From assembly GCA_049512935.1 (NCBI GenBank), contig JBEKWR010000014.1, forward strand, positions 1-46,946: a DNA stretch of 46,946 bases. The letters run 5' to 3'. The notes under the pieces were generated by a model. That model worked only from the letters and a program-made list of their open reading frames with translations, made no database searches and was not told where the DNA came from. The DNA comes from Candidatus Bathyarchaeia archaeon. Lineage in GTDB: Archaea > Thermoproteota > Bathyarchaeia > Bathyarchaeales > Bathycorpusculaceae. Below, piece by piece: positions 7,522-17,902 of the stretch (position 1 is the stretch's first letter; each line of letters opens with the position of its first letter). The position numbers were made by a program, and so were the translations under genes.

Positions 7522-8727
7522 ATGAAAGATGTTCACAAAGCGTTGACCATTGCGTTAGCCTCGCGAGTCTTGATCATCGTCGTTATGGTAGCATGCAGTT
7601 TTCTGTTCGCGTATGCGACAACCGAGCACCTGAATGTAGCCGAAATGAAAACGCCGTTCGTCGGATTGTTCATGCGGTGGGACTCGGAGTTTTATCTGAG
7701 CATCGCGCAGCACGGTTACCCGTTGGGTTACCCGAACATTGCCACTTTTCCAACGATGACGGCGACTGGCAGCCCGATGCCTTCCTCCATAGCTTACCCG
7801 ACATGGTCGTTCTTCCCATTCTACCCTGCGGTCATGTCGGCTTTGGCATCGCTGTTCAGGCGCTTTCTCAGCGTAACTCCTTCATCACTGATGCTTTCAG
7901 GCGTGATTGTAAGCAACGTAGCGTTTTTCGTCAGCGCCTATTTCTTCTACAAGCTAACCCAGAAACTCTTCAACCCGCGCGTAGCCCTGATTTCAACCGC
8001 GTTCTATTCCTTTTGGGTTGGCGGAGTATTCTTTTCAGAAATATACAGTGAAGCGCTGTTCATGGCGCTGGCGCTGTGCGCGTTCTACTTTCTCGAAGAA
8101 AAGAACCTTCCCGCAGCGGTTTTCTTAGGCTTCTTGGCTTCTTTTACGCGAAGCGACGGCTTCCTCATTTTCATACCGTTCTTCATATACGGGTCACTGC
8201 AATTCGGAACAAGCAGAATTCAATCGCTCAAGCTCTTTGTTTCTTCGGCGATTGTGGCTTCTCCCTATTTGCTTTTTAACATTGTAGGCTACTTCTTAGC
8301 TGGCGGCGTTTTTCCCGTACAACTCATCGCGCGCGACTCAAACTGGGGAACCTACCCGCTGCTGATAAATCAGTTTGTTGCTCCTTACTGTTCCGTTCCC
8401 AGTTTCCAAGCGTTCGAAATAGCGGGCTTAATCTTGGTGCTGCTGCCCGTGGCTTACGCCTTTTCCAACTACAAAAAGATATTCGCTGAAGAAGAAAGAA
8501 CGTTAGGGTACTGGGCTTTCTACGCTGCGATGGTTTGGGTTTTGTTCACCAACTCCGTGATTAGCAACGTTTTGCGGTACGCGGTACCCATGTTGCCTAT
8601 TTACTGGGTTCTAGCCAAAATCTACCTGAAAAACCGCCTAGCTGGCGCCGTGCTCTTCGGAGTTTCGACGGCGATGCTGATAATAGCAGCGTACCTACTA
8701 GAAACTGCTAACCCAAACTTCATGTGA
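7522..8727 (+). CDS. GT-C mannosyltransferase, PIG-V-like
   Basis: RWDSEFYLSIAQHGY, FFPFYP, YSEALF, TRSDG motifs; multi-pass membrane protein. Confidence 0.85.
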   Translation: MKDVHKALTIALASRVLIIVVMVACSFLFAYATTEHLNVAEMKTPFVGLFMRWDSEFYLSIAQHGYPLGYPNIATFPTMTATGSPMPSSIAYPTWSFFPFYPAVMSALASLFRRFLSVTPSSLMLSGVIVSNVAFFVSAYFFYKLTQKLFNPRVALISTAFYSFWVGGVFFSEIYSEALFMALALCAFYFLEEKNLPAAVFLGFLASFTRSDGFLIFIPFFIYGSLQFGTSRIQSLKLFVSSAIVASPYLLFNIVGYFLAGGVFPVQLIARDSNWGTYPLLINQFVAPYCSVPSFQAFEIAGLILVLLPVAYAFSNYKKIFAEEERTLGYWAFYAAMVWVLFTNSVISNVLRYAVPMLPIYWVLAKIYLKNRLAGAVLFGVSTAMLIIAAYLLETANPNFM

Positions 8728-8805
8728 CCTTATTTTTTAACAATTGCTGAGAAGGGAAAAACGGGAAGCCCGTGGGATGAAAGGAGCGGTTCTCTCGAAA
8801 CTGGC

Positions 8806-10701
8806 TTATTTGAGGCGTTCCCGTAGGAGTTTGGCAACCATTTCAGGGTTGGCTTTTCCGCGCACTTCCTTCATGACGGAGCCCATGAGCATGCCGTAAG
8901 CGCCTTTGCCGAGCTTATCAACCTGCTGCTTGTTTGCCGCAACCACGCGGTCAACGATCGGCGCCAGCTCAGCTTCGGTGAACATCTTCAAGCCCAAGGC
9001 AGTTATCGCGTCCCGCACGGTTTTGCCCTCGTTCTTTGAGAGCCAAGTGAAAACCTCCGCCAACGCTTCCTTAGCAAGTTCCCCTGACCCGACGGCTTGG
9101 AAGATGCCTTTGATTTGCTCTTCGCTGACGGCTTCAACTTGGACGCCGTCGCGTCTGAGAGCTTTCAATGTTTCAGTCAAGAACGCCGCCGCAGTTGAGG
9201 CTTGAACCCCAGTGTCCTTCACGATTTCTTCGAAGAGGAAGTTGAATTCGGAGTCGGCTAGCTGCCTCACCAATTTCTCGTTCAGCCCATACTGCTTCGT
9301 CATTCGGGCAACTTTCTTTTCGGCTGGCTCAGGCAAGTTGCTGCGGATTTTCTCGATTAGCTCGTCGGTTATCGGTTGCGGCGGGATGTCGGTTTCAGGG
9401 TACATTCTTGCGGCGCCAGGTCTCGGACGCATGTACCGCGTTGTCCCATCATCCTTCGCGGTGCGCGTCTCAGCAGGAACACCTGTGACTAGTTCTTGTG
9501 CACGCTCAACCACGGCTTTCAGGGCGTCTGAAACGTTTTCCGCCGTGTCAGCGACAAAGACAAAGGCGTCCGCCTCGCCTGCACACACGGCTTTCCGCAC
9601 GGCGTCTACTTCTTCGGGTGTGATGCCGTAGTTGGGCATTTCGTCGCTGTGGAAGATGCCGCCGACCCGTCCCCAGAACTTTGCCCTGTCCGAAAGCTCG
9701 GTTCCAACTCGAAAGTCAGGCATGAGCTCCCGCTTGAGCAGTCCAGCGAAGCTGGGCAACTTGACAGCCATGACCTTCTGGTTGCGGTCGACGGCTTTGC
9801 GGATGACCTTGCACGCTGTCCCCTTAAAGACGCCCGTGACGTCAAAGAACTCCTGTTTTATGTCGCTTGGCTTGACGCTTCGTTTGGCAAGCTCCTCTTT
9901 CACGTCTATGAGTCCCAGCTGGCGTTGAACCTCGTACTCGATGACCTTGGAGATCAACTCAAGCTCTTGGACGCCTTTAATCTCGATTAAGGCGCCGTTC
10001 GGCAATGAAACGTTCAGGTCTTGCCTTATCGTTCCTAAGCCCCGCATGGCTTTGCCCGTGTCGCGAAGAATCCTCCCGATGGCTAAGGCGACTTCCTGCG
10101 CTTCCATCGGCGAGTAGATGACGGGTCCCGTGGCGATTTCAATAAGCGGGATGCCGAGGCGGTCGATGCGGTAACGGATGGTTTTGCCCTCATCCTGCGT
10201 TCCCGTCTTGCGCGCGGCGTCCTCCTCCAAGAACAGAGCCTGAATCGGGATGACTTTTTCGCCGACTTTGATCCAGCCGTCGCTGGCGATGGTGCATGTC
10301 CGCTGGAAACCGCCTGTGTTGGAGCCGTCTATGACTGTTTTACGCATCACATGAACCTCGTCCACGGGCGCAGCGTTCATCATCAACGACACGGTCAAAA
10401 CGATTTCCACGGCTTCCAGGTTAATCGGGTGCGGCGGCTCCTCGTCCATCTCCACGAGGCAAGAGCTGGCTTTGTTAGCTTCGTAGAGGATTCTGACGCC
10501 CTTCTGGAACTCAAAGTAGGCTGCGGGGTCAACCTGCCCAAGCTCGCTCTGGGTCGGCCTTAGTCGCCGCAGGAAAGTGATTTCTGGCTCATCTTTGAAC
10601 AGTTCAAGCGGGCAACTGCAGAACAGCTTGGTTTTCGCGTTCAGCTGCTGATGAATTTCCAACCCAACTTTCAACCCGACCTTCGCGTAGTCAACCGTCA
10701 A
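8806..10701 (-). CDS. gatE: Glu-tRNA(Gln) amidotransferase subunit E
   Basis: GLKVGLEIHQQL, MRKTVIDGSNTGGFQRT, RGLGTIRQDLNVS, RPGAARMYPETD; TTG start at 10701, just after the gatD stop. Confidence 0.97.
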   Translation of the reverse strand: MTVDYAKVGLKVGLEIHQQLNAKTKLFCSCPLELFKDEPEITFLRRLRPTQSELGQVDPAAYFEFQKGVRILYEANKASSCLVEMDEEPPHPINLEAVEIVLTVSLMMNAAPVDEVHVMRKTVIDGSNTGGFQRTCTIASDGWIKVGEKVIPIQALFLEEDAARKTGTQDEGKTIRYRIDRLGIPLIEIATGPVIYSPMEAQEVALAIGRILRDTGKAMRGLGTIRQDLNVSLPNGALIEIKGVQELELISKVIEYEVQRQLGLIDVKEELAKRSVKPSDIKQEFFDVTGVFKGTACKVIRKAVDRNQKVMAVKLPSFAGLLKRELMPDFRVGTELSDRAKFWGRVGGIFHSDEMPNYGITPEEVDAVRKAVCAGEADAFVFVADTAENVSDALKAVVERAQELVTGVPAETRTAKDDGTTRYMRPRPGAARMYPETDIPPQPITDELIEKIRSNLPEPAEKKVARMTKQYGLNEKLVRQLADSEFNFLFEEIVKDTGVQASTAAAFLTETLKALRRDGVQVEAVSEEQIKGIFQAVGSGELAKEALAEVFTWLSKNEGKTVRDAITALGLKMFTEAELAPIVDRVVAANKQQVDKLGKGAYGMLMGSVMKEVRGKANPEMVAKLLRERLK

Positions 10702-10702
10702 T

Positions 10703-12049
10703 TTAGTTGCCTCCTTCGACGATTGCGTCTTGCGGAAGCGTTCTCGGCGAAAATTCCTCTGCAACGTTGGTTTTCAGCAGCTTGGCGGCTTCCTGCGGGT
10801 CGTCGGTTTGCCCAAGCGACCACATGAGCTTGACTAGCGCGGTTTCTGGGAACATGTCGTCCGTGGGGATGACGCCGAAGCTCAGCAGGTCTCTGCCCGT
10901 GTCGTACACGTTCATGTTTACCCTGCCCCAGATGCACTGCGAAGCCAACGCGACCACGACGCCCTTCGCGACAGCGTTCTTGATGCTGCCGAAGCAGAAC
11001 TTGCTCACGTGACCAAGCCCTGAACCCTCAAGCAAAATGCCTTTGACGCCTCGGTCAACGTGCCAGTCGATGACGGCGGGGTCAAGCCCGATGTAAAACT
11101 TTACCAACGCGACTTTGTCGCTGAAGTTGGGCTTCAAAACCAGCTTTCTCTTGGGGTCGCGGCGCTGGTACCTGTCCGTCAGCATGGATACCTGCTGGTT
11201 GTTCACTCTTACGATGGGGAACCCGTTGATGGATTTGAAAGTGTCCCGTCGGCTCGTGTGGCACTTGCGAACCTTAGTGCCCCTATGAACGATGATGCCC
11301 GTGTCCGAAACCTTCTCATGCATGGCTAACCCGACCTCGGCGAAGGGAGCTTCACCAGCGGCTTTCACGGCGCCTATCAGGTTCGTTGCCGCGTCGCTGC
11401 TTGGGCGGTCACTGCTGCGCTGCGCGCCGACGACGATGACTGGGACAGGCAGGTTCTGCAATGCGAAGCTGAGAGCCGCCGAAGTGTAAGCCATCGTGTC
11501 CGTGCCATGCGCAATCACCACCCCGTCCACGCCCGCCTCTATCCGAGCTGCAACCTTCTCCGCCAGCTCTTTCCAGTGCTGCTGCGTTATGTTTTCGCTG
11601 TACAGGCTGAAGACGATTTCCGTGTCCACGCGGGCAACGTCGGAGAGCTCGGGAACGACGCCGTAGAGGTCGCTTGCCGACAAGGCTGAACGCACGGCGC
11701 CTGTTCGGTAGTCAACTCGGCTGGCGATGGTTCCGCCCGTGCTCATGATGACGACGTGCGGCAGGGCTGGGTTCTGCTTCGGCTGGGGCGGCGAGGCAAA
11801 AGCGGGTTTTGCGCCTTTCCCAACTTTTTCGATTTTCACGTCGCCTGTGACTCGGATGCCGATGTTGTAGCCGCTTTTGATTTTGATTATCACGGCGGTG
11901 CCTTCGCCGAGTTCTGGGCGGGGGATGAGGATGCCCTCGTAGGTTTTGCCTTTCCTCGTGACCCGTATGATGTCGCCGACTTCGACGTCCGCAGCCTTCA
12001 GCGCTTCCAACGCGCTGCCACGGTAACCCGAATTTTCAAGTTGACTCAT
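10703..12049 (-). CDS. gatD: Glu-tRNA(Gln) amidotransferase subunit D
   Basis: STGGTIASRVDYRTG, HGTDTMAY, GAQRSSDRPSSD; N-terminal SGYNIG domain; adjacent to gatE. Confidence 0.97.
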   Translation of the reverse strand: MSQLENSGYRGSALEALKAADVEVGDIIRVTRKGKTYEGILIPRPELGEGTAVIIKIKSGYNIGIRVTGDVKIEKVGKGAKPAFASPPQPKQNPALPHVVIMSTGGTIASRVDYRTGAVRSALSASDLYGVVPELSDVARVDTEIVFSLYSENITQQHWKELAEKVAARIEAGVDGVVIAHGTDTMAYTSAALSFALQNLPVPVIVVGAQRSSDRPSSDAATNLIGAVKAAGEAPFAEVGLAMHEKVSDTGIIVHRGTKVRKCHTSRRDTFKSINGFPIVRVNNQQVSMLTDRYQRRDPKRKLVLKPNFSDKVALVKFYIGLDPAVIDWHVDRGVKGILLEGSGLGHVSKFCFGSIKNAVAKGVVVALASQCIWGRVNMNVYDTGRDLLSFGVIPTDDMFPETALVKLMWSLGQTDDPQEAAKLLKTNVAEEFSPRTLPQDAIVEGGN

Positions 12050-13665
12050 GCATTATTCACCAATTTTTTGGAAACGTAGACTCCATCGCGCTCGTAACCG
12101 AAACGCATGTAGTACCTTCTTGTTCCTAACGCACTGATGACTAAAAGCTTTTTGAGGCAGAAATCGTCACGTGCCATGCGCTCGGCTTCCCTGAGCAGGT
12201 CGGCGCCGAAACCCCTGTGCTGCCACGCCGAGGCGGAGTGTTTCCCGACGGGCACGAGGGGTCCGTAAACGTGGAGTTCCCGAACAATCGCGGACGGCGC
12301 GGAGGTGACTTCGGGTCTGTGAGCTTTGGCGCTGGGGACGCGCAGGCGCAGGTACCCGAGCAAAACGTCGTTGTCTTTGTCCTCTGCTGAAATGAACACT
12401 TCTTTGCCTTCCGAAGCGTCGTAACAGAACGATTGAATCCCCACTTTTTCAGGGTCAGGCTTAACGTTGTCAACCGCCAAGCGGTGCCCAACCTCTCGGC
12501 AGCGGATGCACTGGCACCTTCCGCCCTGTTGCTTGAGCCGTTCATTGGCGAGTTGGCGCAGGTTGCTTTTTTTGACGCCTGCCAAAATCAACCCAGACGG
12601 AATGTCCCTTTGAACCCTCATGACCCGAACCCAAGGCGGAATAAACCTTTTCACCTCGGCGACGAGTTCGGCGGCTTCCTCGGTCGTGTACGGCTTGTAA
12701 ACGCCTTTCTGGTACCATTCATGCGCTTTTGTGCCCGCGATGCAGAGGCAAGGGTAAATCTTAACCATGTCAGGCTTAAACGCTGGGTCGGTGAAGACTC
12801 GCTTGAACGCGGCAAGGTCTTTTTCCTTGTTGGAGCCGGGCATCCCAGGCATCAGGTGATAAACGATTTTGAGCCCTGCGTCCTTGGCTATGCGCGTCGC
12901 CTCCTGCACGTCGGAGACGGTGTGGGTTCTGCCGACTAAACGGTAAATTTCGTCGTCGGGGTTCTGTACGCCAAGCTCGATGCGGGTAACGCCCATGTCA
13001 AGCATCGCGTCGACGTGCTGCTGTTTTGCCCAGTCGGGGCGCGTCTCCACGGTTATGCCTACGTTGCGCACGGTGCTGGTTTCCGCGTTGGTTTTTGCTT
13101 CTTCCAGGCTCTCTGAGGTTTTGCCCGTTATCGCGTCGAGGCAGCGCTGGATGAACCATGTTTGGTACTCCGGGGGCGTCGCTGGGAAGGTGCCGCCCAT
13201 GACGATGAGTTCGACCTTGTCAACTTTGTGCCCGATTGCGGTGAGCTGTTCGATGCGGCTTGTCACCTGCAGGTACGGGTCGAAGCTGTTTTGGGCTCCG
13301 CGCATCGCCGCTGGCTCATGACCTGTGTAGCTTTGCGGGCTCCCTACGGCTGGTCCGCCTGGGCAGTACGCGCAGGGTTCAGGCTGCGGGCACGGGTAAG
13401 GCTTAGTCATGACCGCCACGACAGTGACGCCTGAGATGGTGCGGGTTGTTTTCCTGCGCAAAATTGGCAAAAGCCGCTTTGATTCCTGCGGGGTTAAAAG
13501 AGCAATTAACTCAGAATTTGACGGTACCTCGCCAAGCGCGTATTTTCCAGCCGTTTTTATTTTCAGTCGATTAACATCTTCACAAGCGGGCTTAGGCATT
13601 TCCATTAGCGTCTCGATGATTTCTCGCAGGGCTAAGGCTTTATCCGTCAAAGTCAAGTGAACCAA
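12046..13665 (-). CDS. elp3: tRNA uridine-34 acetyltransferase Elp3 (radical SAM plus GNAT)
   Basis: RTISGVTVVAVM, CPQPEPCAYCPGG, SYTGHEPA, VETRPD, VRELHVYG, QHRGFG. Start may be the TTG at 13650 or 13656. Confidence 0.96.
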   Translation of the reverse strand: MVHLTLTDKALALREIIETLMEMPKPACEDVNRLKIKTAGKYALGEVPSNSELIALLTPQESKRLLPILRRKTTRTISGVTVVAVMTKPYPCPQPEPCAYCPGGPAVGSPQSYTGHEPAAMRGAQNSFDPYLQVTSRIEQLTAIGHKVDKVELIVMGGTFPATPPEYQTWFIQRCLDAITGKTSESLEEAKTNAETSTVRNVGITVETRPDWAKQQHVDAMLDMGVTRIELGVQNPDDEIYRLVGRTHTVSDVQEATRIAKDAGLKIVYHLMPGMPGSNKEKDLAAFKRVFTDPAFKPDMVKIYPCLCIAGTKAHEWYQKGVYKPYTTEEAAELVAEVKRFIPPWVRVMRVQRDIPSGLILAGVKKSNLRQLANERLKQQGGRCQCIRCREVGHRLAVDNVKPDPEKVGIQSFCYDASEGKEVFISAEDKDNDVLLGYLRLRVPSAKAHRPEVTSAPSAIVRELHVYGPLVPVGKHSASAWQHRGFGADLLREAERMARDDFCLKKLLVISALGTRRYYMRFGYERDGVYVSKKLVNNA

Positions 13666-13738
13666 TTATGGTTTAGCCCAGTGATAAATAAACTACACTA
13701 ACGATAAAGCTCGTTTAAAGATAAAAAATTGTTTTACG

Positions 13739-14041
13739 TTAATCATCTAGGTCTTTAAAATGGAAAAGCGACTTTTTCGCTTCTTCAATATCTTCTTCGG
13801 TTATCTCTACGCCCTTAAGAATGCCTTCAAGTTTTGCGATTTTTCGAGGCAACCCTGCGCTTACATCCAGTTTTGCCCGGCTTTCCGCTGCAGAATCGTG
13901 CGTTTCTCGTAGTTGCGTCTGTTTCGGTTTCTTGGGCTTGGCGATGTTTTGGGTGTCGCCTGGATTTTCGGCGTTTGAGAGCGGACTTTTCCAGCTTTCG
14001 ATAAGCTTCCGTGAGTTGGCATTTAATACACCTTGCACCAT
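13739..14041 (-). CDS. Small hypothetical protein; C-terminus resembles an orphan antitoxin tail
   Basis: Only [23 protein letters not shown] looks protein-like; may be a remnant. Confidence 0.35.
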   Translation of the reverse strand: MVQGVLNANSRKLIESWKSPLSNAENPGDTQNIAKPKKPKQTQLRETHDSAAESRAKLDVSAGLPRKIAKLEGILKGVEITEEDIEEAKKSLFHFKDLDD

Positions 14042-14310
14042 TAAGCATGAAGAGTCACACTTAAATCTTTACCCGCCGAAGCTGGAAAGGCATTCTGCAG
14101 CCGAATGGATTTAGTAGAACTTGAAAGCCGCCTTCCACGGTGCCAAAGCTAAAGAGGCGCGAGCCTACGGAAGCAAATTTTCCTCAGCGAATCTTGCCAG
14201 CGAAACTGATGAGGAATTAACAAGTTTTATATTCATAGCGTTTACACCTCGTAAGAACCATAGCTGAACCAAAGGTTATTTGGCGCTTAGGTAAAGGGTG
14301 AAACTGAAAA

Positions 14311-15753
14311 ATGAAAGTTACAGATTTATTGTTTAAGAAAGGCAAGATGGCCACTTTAGTGGTTTGCGTTGTTTTATTGTCTGCTTCGCTGGTTACGCCG
14401 CTGTTTGCTCAAGTTACCTCCGAAACTTCAGACAGCACGTCGGTGGGCGCCCAAATTTGGAATTTGACAAACGACGACGGGCAGGTCGCAACCGTGATAG
14501 TTGAACCGTTCACGAACAGCGGATCGTTCAGCGAAACAAGCAGCAGTTCTGGCTGGTGGATGCTGGATAATGTGGGTAACCACGCTTTCCGCTTCAACGT
14601 AGGCGGAAACATTTTTCATGCCAGCGGAGGCGACAACTGGGATTTTGTCAATTTCGGAGGCTCAGGCAACGGCTACCAATCAATGGGAACTGCAACGGGC
14701 ACGGCAAACGGCAATTTCCCGTACGCAACCTCAGTCAGCGGGACATACACCTTGACGACCAATTCGGGTTACGGAACCGCCTCAGGATCGGGCACTTGGA
14801 GCGGCGTACTGGTAAGCGGTGCACCTTCAGGTACTCAAGGCGCTACCCCAACCCCGTCAGGTCAGCTAGCAGCCCGTTACTACGGCGGTGTTGGATCCGT
14901 TAAAGGTCAAGCAACGGATGCCAATGGAAACACGCCTCTTTCGACGGGTCAAATAGTCAGCGGCACCGAAATTCAAACAGGCAGCAACGGGATTGTAGGT
15001 TTTGAGCCTCCTAATCAGGGCGGAGAAGTGTATTTGGGCGCGAACAGCGATGCAGGCTGGGTTGGGCTCACTTCAGAGCCTGCTCCAGACAACGGAATCA
15101 CATACATGATTTATCCTCTTGTGTCAAGCGGAACAATTTTCCCCAACGGCAATGAACAGTTAAGTGACTTGAAGTATTCCATACCGTTAGACATTGCACT
15201 TGCAGTTCTGGTTTTCAGTCATCCTCTTGGACAAGCCGCAGCCGTCGGCCTGTTTGTAGAGGGCGGCGCCTTTCTAATACCCAACGGAGTCGCCTACATC
15301 AAGGAAACCGTGTCGCATCTGATAGCTGTGCCTCAGGGCGCGCTTGCAGGCGAAAACACCGAGTACACCGTGAACGTTTCCTCCGACGGGACAACCGCGG
15401 TTCAGGTCATTGCTGGCCCAGTCATCTTCATGGATCCCATCTCGAATAACACCATAACCGTGAACACGAATCAGGTGTTGACGCTTCCGTCCGCGCAGCA
15501 AAACGGCTTCACCGCGAACGAGTTGCAGTCCTACGTTTCCTCGTTGACCCCGTCTTCGGTGAATCAATGGTGGACGCAAGCATCAGCCAGCACGTTTTCC
15601 CTGAACGACCTTATGAGCCAAAATGTAATCATAGCAATCGTTGCCGTCGTGGTGATAGTTGCATTAGCCGCAGTAGTTGCTACCGTTGTGCGCAAGAGAA
15701 AAGTGATAAAACAGATACATGAGAGCGAAGCATCAATCAACGCGACGCAATAG
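14311..15753 (+). CDS. Secreted, C-terminally anchored surface protein with FecR-like beta domain
   Basis: Signal peptide; G/S/T-rich region; AVPQGALAGENTEYTVNVSSDGTTAVQVIAGPV (FecR-like pattern); C-terminal TM helix followed by RKRK. Confidence 0.75.
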   Translation: MKVTDLLFKKGKMATLVVCVVLLSASLVTPLFAQVTSETSDSTSVGAQIWNLTNDDGQVATVIVEPFTNSGSFSETSSSSGWWMLDNVGNHAFRFNVGGNIFHASGGDNWDFVNFGGSGNGYQSMGTATGTANGNFPYATSVSGTYTLTTNSGYGTASGSGTWSGVLVSGAPSGTQGATPTPSGQLAARYYGGVGSVKGQATDANGNTPLSTGQIVSGTEIQTGSNGIVGFEPPNQGGEVYLGANSDAGWVGLTSEPAPDNGITYMIYPLVSSGTIFPNGNEQLSDLKYSIPLDIALAVLVFSHPLGQAAAVGLFVEGGAFLIPNGVAYIKETVSHLIAVPQGALAGENTEYTVNVSSDGTTAVQVIAGPVIFMDPISNNTITVNTNQVLTLPSAQQNGFTANELQSYVSSLTPSSVNQWWTQASASTFSLNDLMSQNVIIAIVAVVVIVALAAVVATVVRKRKVIKQIHESEASINATQ

Positions 15754-15781
15754 CGGTATGATGACCAAAGCGAAGAAAAGC

Positions 15782-17311
15782 TTAGCCTGTGAAGTTCAGT
15801 ACGTAGATGCTTCTTGGCGGTTGGCCGAAGGTCTGCTCAGGTGTTATTTGGGTGAAATTGTGTGAGCTTGACAGTTGAGCGTAGATGTCCATTAGGGTGA
15901 CGTTTGAGTTGAAGTACGCTACGTTGTTGCCTCCGAACTCGGTGGTGAACAGGAATTTCACGTTGTATTCCCTGCAGCGGCTGATTATGACGGTCACGTT
16001 GAACGTGGGGTCTATGATTCTTGACCAAGGGTAACTGTACAGTAGAATTTGGCGTCCCCCATCTTTGAGCAGGTAAAATTCTATTATGCCCTGGCTGAAG
16101 TAGTTGTCGGGCAAAAGCACCATTATCGACTGGTTCTGGCTGCAACGGGCAATCGCCCAGTCAACCGCTTGTTCCAAGTTGAACGTCGCATTTTCAGACT
16201 TTGTCCAAGTAACCGCGTCGTTTACACTGTAAACCATGGAGACGCACGTTAAGGCGATCAGCAGGGCTGCGCCGATTTTGGCGAGGTTTTTTCTTTTGAG
16301 GCTTCGCAGTTTCGTGAACGCAACCACAAGCAAAACCGCAGCCGCGATAGCTAAGACTGGGAAAAGCGGAAGCAAGTACCGCCAGTTCTTGTTGTTAACC
16401 AGCGTGAAGAAAACGTAAACCGTGATGAACCATATCAAGAGGAGCTTATCCGCCTTTTGCCTTCTAACTACGAATGCAGCCAAGCCGAGAAAGCCCAAGA
16501 CGTACATCAACAGCGAGATGGGGTGGATGGTGGGGTAGATGCTGTACATTTCAGTCAGGTAGTACGCTGGCGTCACGGTTTGGCTTCCCGTACTGTTCAT
16601 TCCGATAGCGCTAAGCCACATTCCCAAGTACGACTGAAAACTGTAGATTAGATAAGCCGCCGCTGCAAGCAACAACGCGATGACTGCAATGTAGATTTTC
16701 CTTGAAAAAGGTCTTTTAAGTTGACTTCTGGAGAAGACCGCTGTGGCAAAAAACATTACAAGAACAGCCACGACAACTTGGTATTTGGCTAAGAAACCTG
16801 CGATTAAGGTTAGCGCCGTGAAGACTAGCATTCTGTCTTTGTAGGTTTGCAGCCACAGGTAAAAGAAGAAGATTGAAAGGACAAAAAAGAACGTCATCAT
16901 GATATCCAGCATGGCTGCGTGGGAAGCTTCAAAGTAGCCTGGCATCACGCTTAAAAAAACCGAGGCTAACAACGCGGTTTTGCCGTCGTAGGCTTTGTAG
17001 GTGAATTCGAAAACTGCCCAAAGAAGCAGCACCGAGAAGAGGGCGTCGATTATCCTTGCTGAAACCACGCTTACCCCCAGAACGTTGTAGGATAGGTAGG
17101 TTAGGGCATCGTACAGGGGCGGGTAAAACAGGTTGCCGCTGAATTGCTTGTACATCCCCAGCTTCAGGAATAGTCCGTTGTCTAGGTGCGCGGCTTCGTC
17201 CCATTGAATCGGCATGTTTGAAAGGTTCAAGACCAAAAAGCCGACGAGGATGCAGAGGTAGCAAACGGCAAAAATCAAGAAGGCTAATCGGAAGTTAAAC
17301 TTGCTTTTCAA
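15782..17311 (-). CDS. GT-C glycosyltransferase, family 39/ArnT-like
   Basis: WDEAAH, YPPLY, SAR, AMLD, LAKY, WRYLLPLFP motifs; many TM helices. Confidence 0.88.
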   Translation of the reverse strand: MKSKFNFRLAFLIFAVCYLCILVGFLVLNLSNMPIQWDEAAHLDNGLFLKLGMYKQFSGNLFYPPLYDALTYLSYNVLGVSVVSARIIDALFSVLLLWAVFEFTYKAYDGKTALLASVFLSVMPGYFEASHAAMLDIMMTFFFVLSIFFFYLWLQTYKDRMLVFTALTLIAGFLAKYQVVVAVLVMFFATAVFSRSQLKRPFSRKIYIAVIALLLAAAAYLIYSFQSYLGMWLSAIGMNSTGSQTVTPAYYLTEMYSIYPTIHPISLLMYVLGFLGLAAFVVRRQKADKLLLIWFITVYVFFTLVNNKNWRYLLPLFPVLAIAAAVLLVVAFTKLRSLKRKNLAKIGAALLIALTCVSMVYSVNDAVTWTKSENATFNLEQAVDWAIARCSQNQSIMVLLPDNYFSQGIIEFYLLKDGGRQILLYSYPWSRIIDPTFNVTVIISRCREYNVKFLFTTEFGGNNVAYFNSNVTLMDIYAQLSSSHNFTQITPEQTFGQPPRSIYVLNFTG

Positions 17312-17902
17312 GAGCTACAACCCTCTCTTGTACGCAACATGAAAACCGTTTCCTTCCTTGGGGCTAAAGTCTGTTTGGTCAAAATATAAGGGTTTGTCAG
17401 AATGAGGCTTGACGCTTACGCAGGTCAATCTGCGGAGAAACACGCTTTTAGAGGTTAAGCTTTACGCTCAGAAGGTTTTTTACAGCAACATTTAACCAAC
17501 ACCCTTACGCCTATTTTATTTGCCTCGCCGATATTGAGCACCCATAACGACGGACTCAACAGAGGTACGCAAGAAACACAAATCTTGCACCCATGACAAT
17601 TTGGGTTCTACCCAATTATGGAACAGGCGGGGCGCGGGCGAAAACAAAGTCCCATGCCGAGAGAACTTAGCCAAGCAAAAGGCAACGCCCAGCTATGCGG
17701 TTAAGCGTTAGGTTACATGGGAGACAAATAGCCCGTAAGAACAGTTCTTTTTCTGTGACGTGCTTAGAATCGCAAGCCCCTTATCACTGCCATTTACAAT
17801 CAATCTCGTCAAGTAAATAGTGCACGAACCCAAGCGCCAAAGGAAAAAGCAGGTAAACCTAGTTTTTAAGTAAAATCTTAAATGGCTAATCATGATTAGG
17901 CT

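Noticed and set aside
10702-10764. N-terminal extension of GatE
   Set aside because: It overlaps the gatD 3' end; homology starts at the TTG at 10701.
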